From: Mycolicibacterium smegmatis
Lineage (GTDB): Bacteria > Actinomycetota > Actinomycetes > Mycobacteriales > Mycobacteriaceae
DNA: 32,000 nucleotides
Direction of reading: 5' to 3'
NCBI RefSeq assembly: GCF_001457595.1
Contig: NZ_LN831039.1
Span: forward strand, 4,860,001 to 4,892,000
Shown in pieces: positions 31,494 through 32,000 of this stretch. A program made the translations under genes and the position numbers. The stretch's first letter is position 1. Every line of letters starts with the position of its first letter. The notes under the pieces are model-generated. The model was not told the DNA's origin. It did no database searches and worked only from the letters and a program-made list of their open reading frames with translations.

Positions 31494-32000
31494 TCAGCCC
31501 GCTGCTTCGATCGGCAGCGGTTCGCCTTCGATGCGTCGCAGCCAGCCTTCGCAGAACTCGAGCACCTCGGCGTGCCCGGCCGACATCCCGAGCGCCTGTT
31601 CCATCACCATCACGCGCGACACGCTGGTCGCCAGGAAGGTCCACACGATCGGGGGCACGTCGGCCGCGTTGACGCCGTAGCGGTCCAGCGCGGCTGTCAT
31701 CGCCTTGGTCTGCTCGTCACGGAATCGTTCGGCGTAGCGGCCGATCTCCGTGCGCAGGGCCTTGCGGTGATTGGCCACACCCATGATCTCCATCGTCAAC
31801 CGCGTCGCACTGGGGTCGATGCCGAAGCGCCACAACGCCCACAGCGGCTGCGGCGAGTCGAGCGCACGGGCCTGCGCCGCCAGGCCCTCCTCGGCGCGCC
31901 TGCGGAACACCGCGAGGAACAGATCGTCCATGGTGCGGAAGTAGTAGTGCACCAGTTGCGGCTTGAGGCCGGCCCGCTCCGCGACCCGGCGGGACGTGAC
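31494..32000 (-). CDS. TetR family transcriptional regulator (N-terminus beyond the right edge)
   Basis: Track ORF 31494..31952 begins at an internal GTG. The frame stays open to the window edge and reads ...VTSRRVAERAGLKPQLVHYYFRTMDDLFLAVF, the TetR helix-turn-helix. Confidence 0.85.
   Translation of the reverse strand, partial: VTSRRVAERAGLKPQLVHYYFRTMDDLFLAVFRRRAEEGLAAQARALDSPQPLWALWRFGIDPSATRLTMEIMGVANHRKALRTEIGRYAERFRDEQTKAMTAALDRYGVNAADVPPIVWTFLATSVSRVMVMEQALGMSAGHAEVLEFCEGWLRRIEGEPLPIEAAG

Noticed and set aside
1-32000. A search for tRNA/rRNA genes, CRISPR arrays, IS-element terminal repeats, integrases, toxin-antitoxin pairs and recognisable defence genes.
   Set aside because: None was seen. 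All sizeable intergenic regions (188-291, 12875-13467, 18818-19092, 21681-21755, 23947-24088, 29719-29821, 31412-31493) were read on both strands. They contain only the palindromes, repeats and hairpins reported above.

Overview
This is a high-GC actinobacterial chromosome segment, almost certainly from a fast-growing mycobacterium. From memory, the 3089-aa type I fatty acid synthase and its neighbours resemble Mycolicibacterium smegmatis; I cannot verify that here.

Layout:
- Core block (1-12.9 kb): DUF3618 gene (partial), bcp, CaCA antiporter, M20 peptidase, acpS and fas. The order matches the M. tuberculosis Rv2520c-Rv2524c region.
- fas upstream region (12.9-14.2 kb): an unusually long, motif-rich stretch that ends in a decayed, multiply frameshifted relic of an Rv2525c-like (DUF1906) gene.
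- Accessory-looking region (14.2-32 kb): a polyamine-type ABC importer (ATPase, lipoprotein binding protein, two permeases); a divergent MerR/MFS pair; an LtrA-like membrane protein; a short SARP-like regulator translationally coupled to a 41-codon membrane micro-ORF that is absent from the ORF track; and two Mce-associated membrane protein (Mam) genes.
- CoA-dependent catabolic island at the right end: two acyl-CoA ligases flanking an amidohydrolase_2 protein, an enoyl-CoA hydratase, a VOC/epimerase-like protein, a DUF35 + SCP-x-type thiolase pair, and a TetR gene that runs off the right edge.

I saw no rRNA, tRNA, CRISPR array, IS element or phage gene.

Most interesting signals:
1. A GAGAAT/ATTCTC operator-like motif recurs at four promoter gaps. 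It links the Mam genes to the catabolic island.
2. The fas leader is almost free of U and therefore has no start or stop codons.
3. Several perfect palindromes and 11-bp tandem repeats lie upstream of fas.
4. The Rv2525c-like relic.
5. The coupled micro-ORF.
6. Several TANNNT-plus-5-to-7-nt-plus-start-codon arrangements suggest leaderless transcripts.

The many long overlapping or antisense ORFs in the track are high-GC artefacts.
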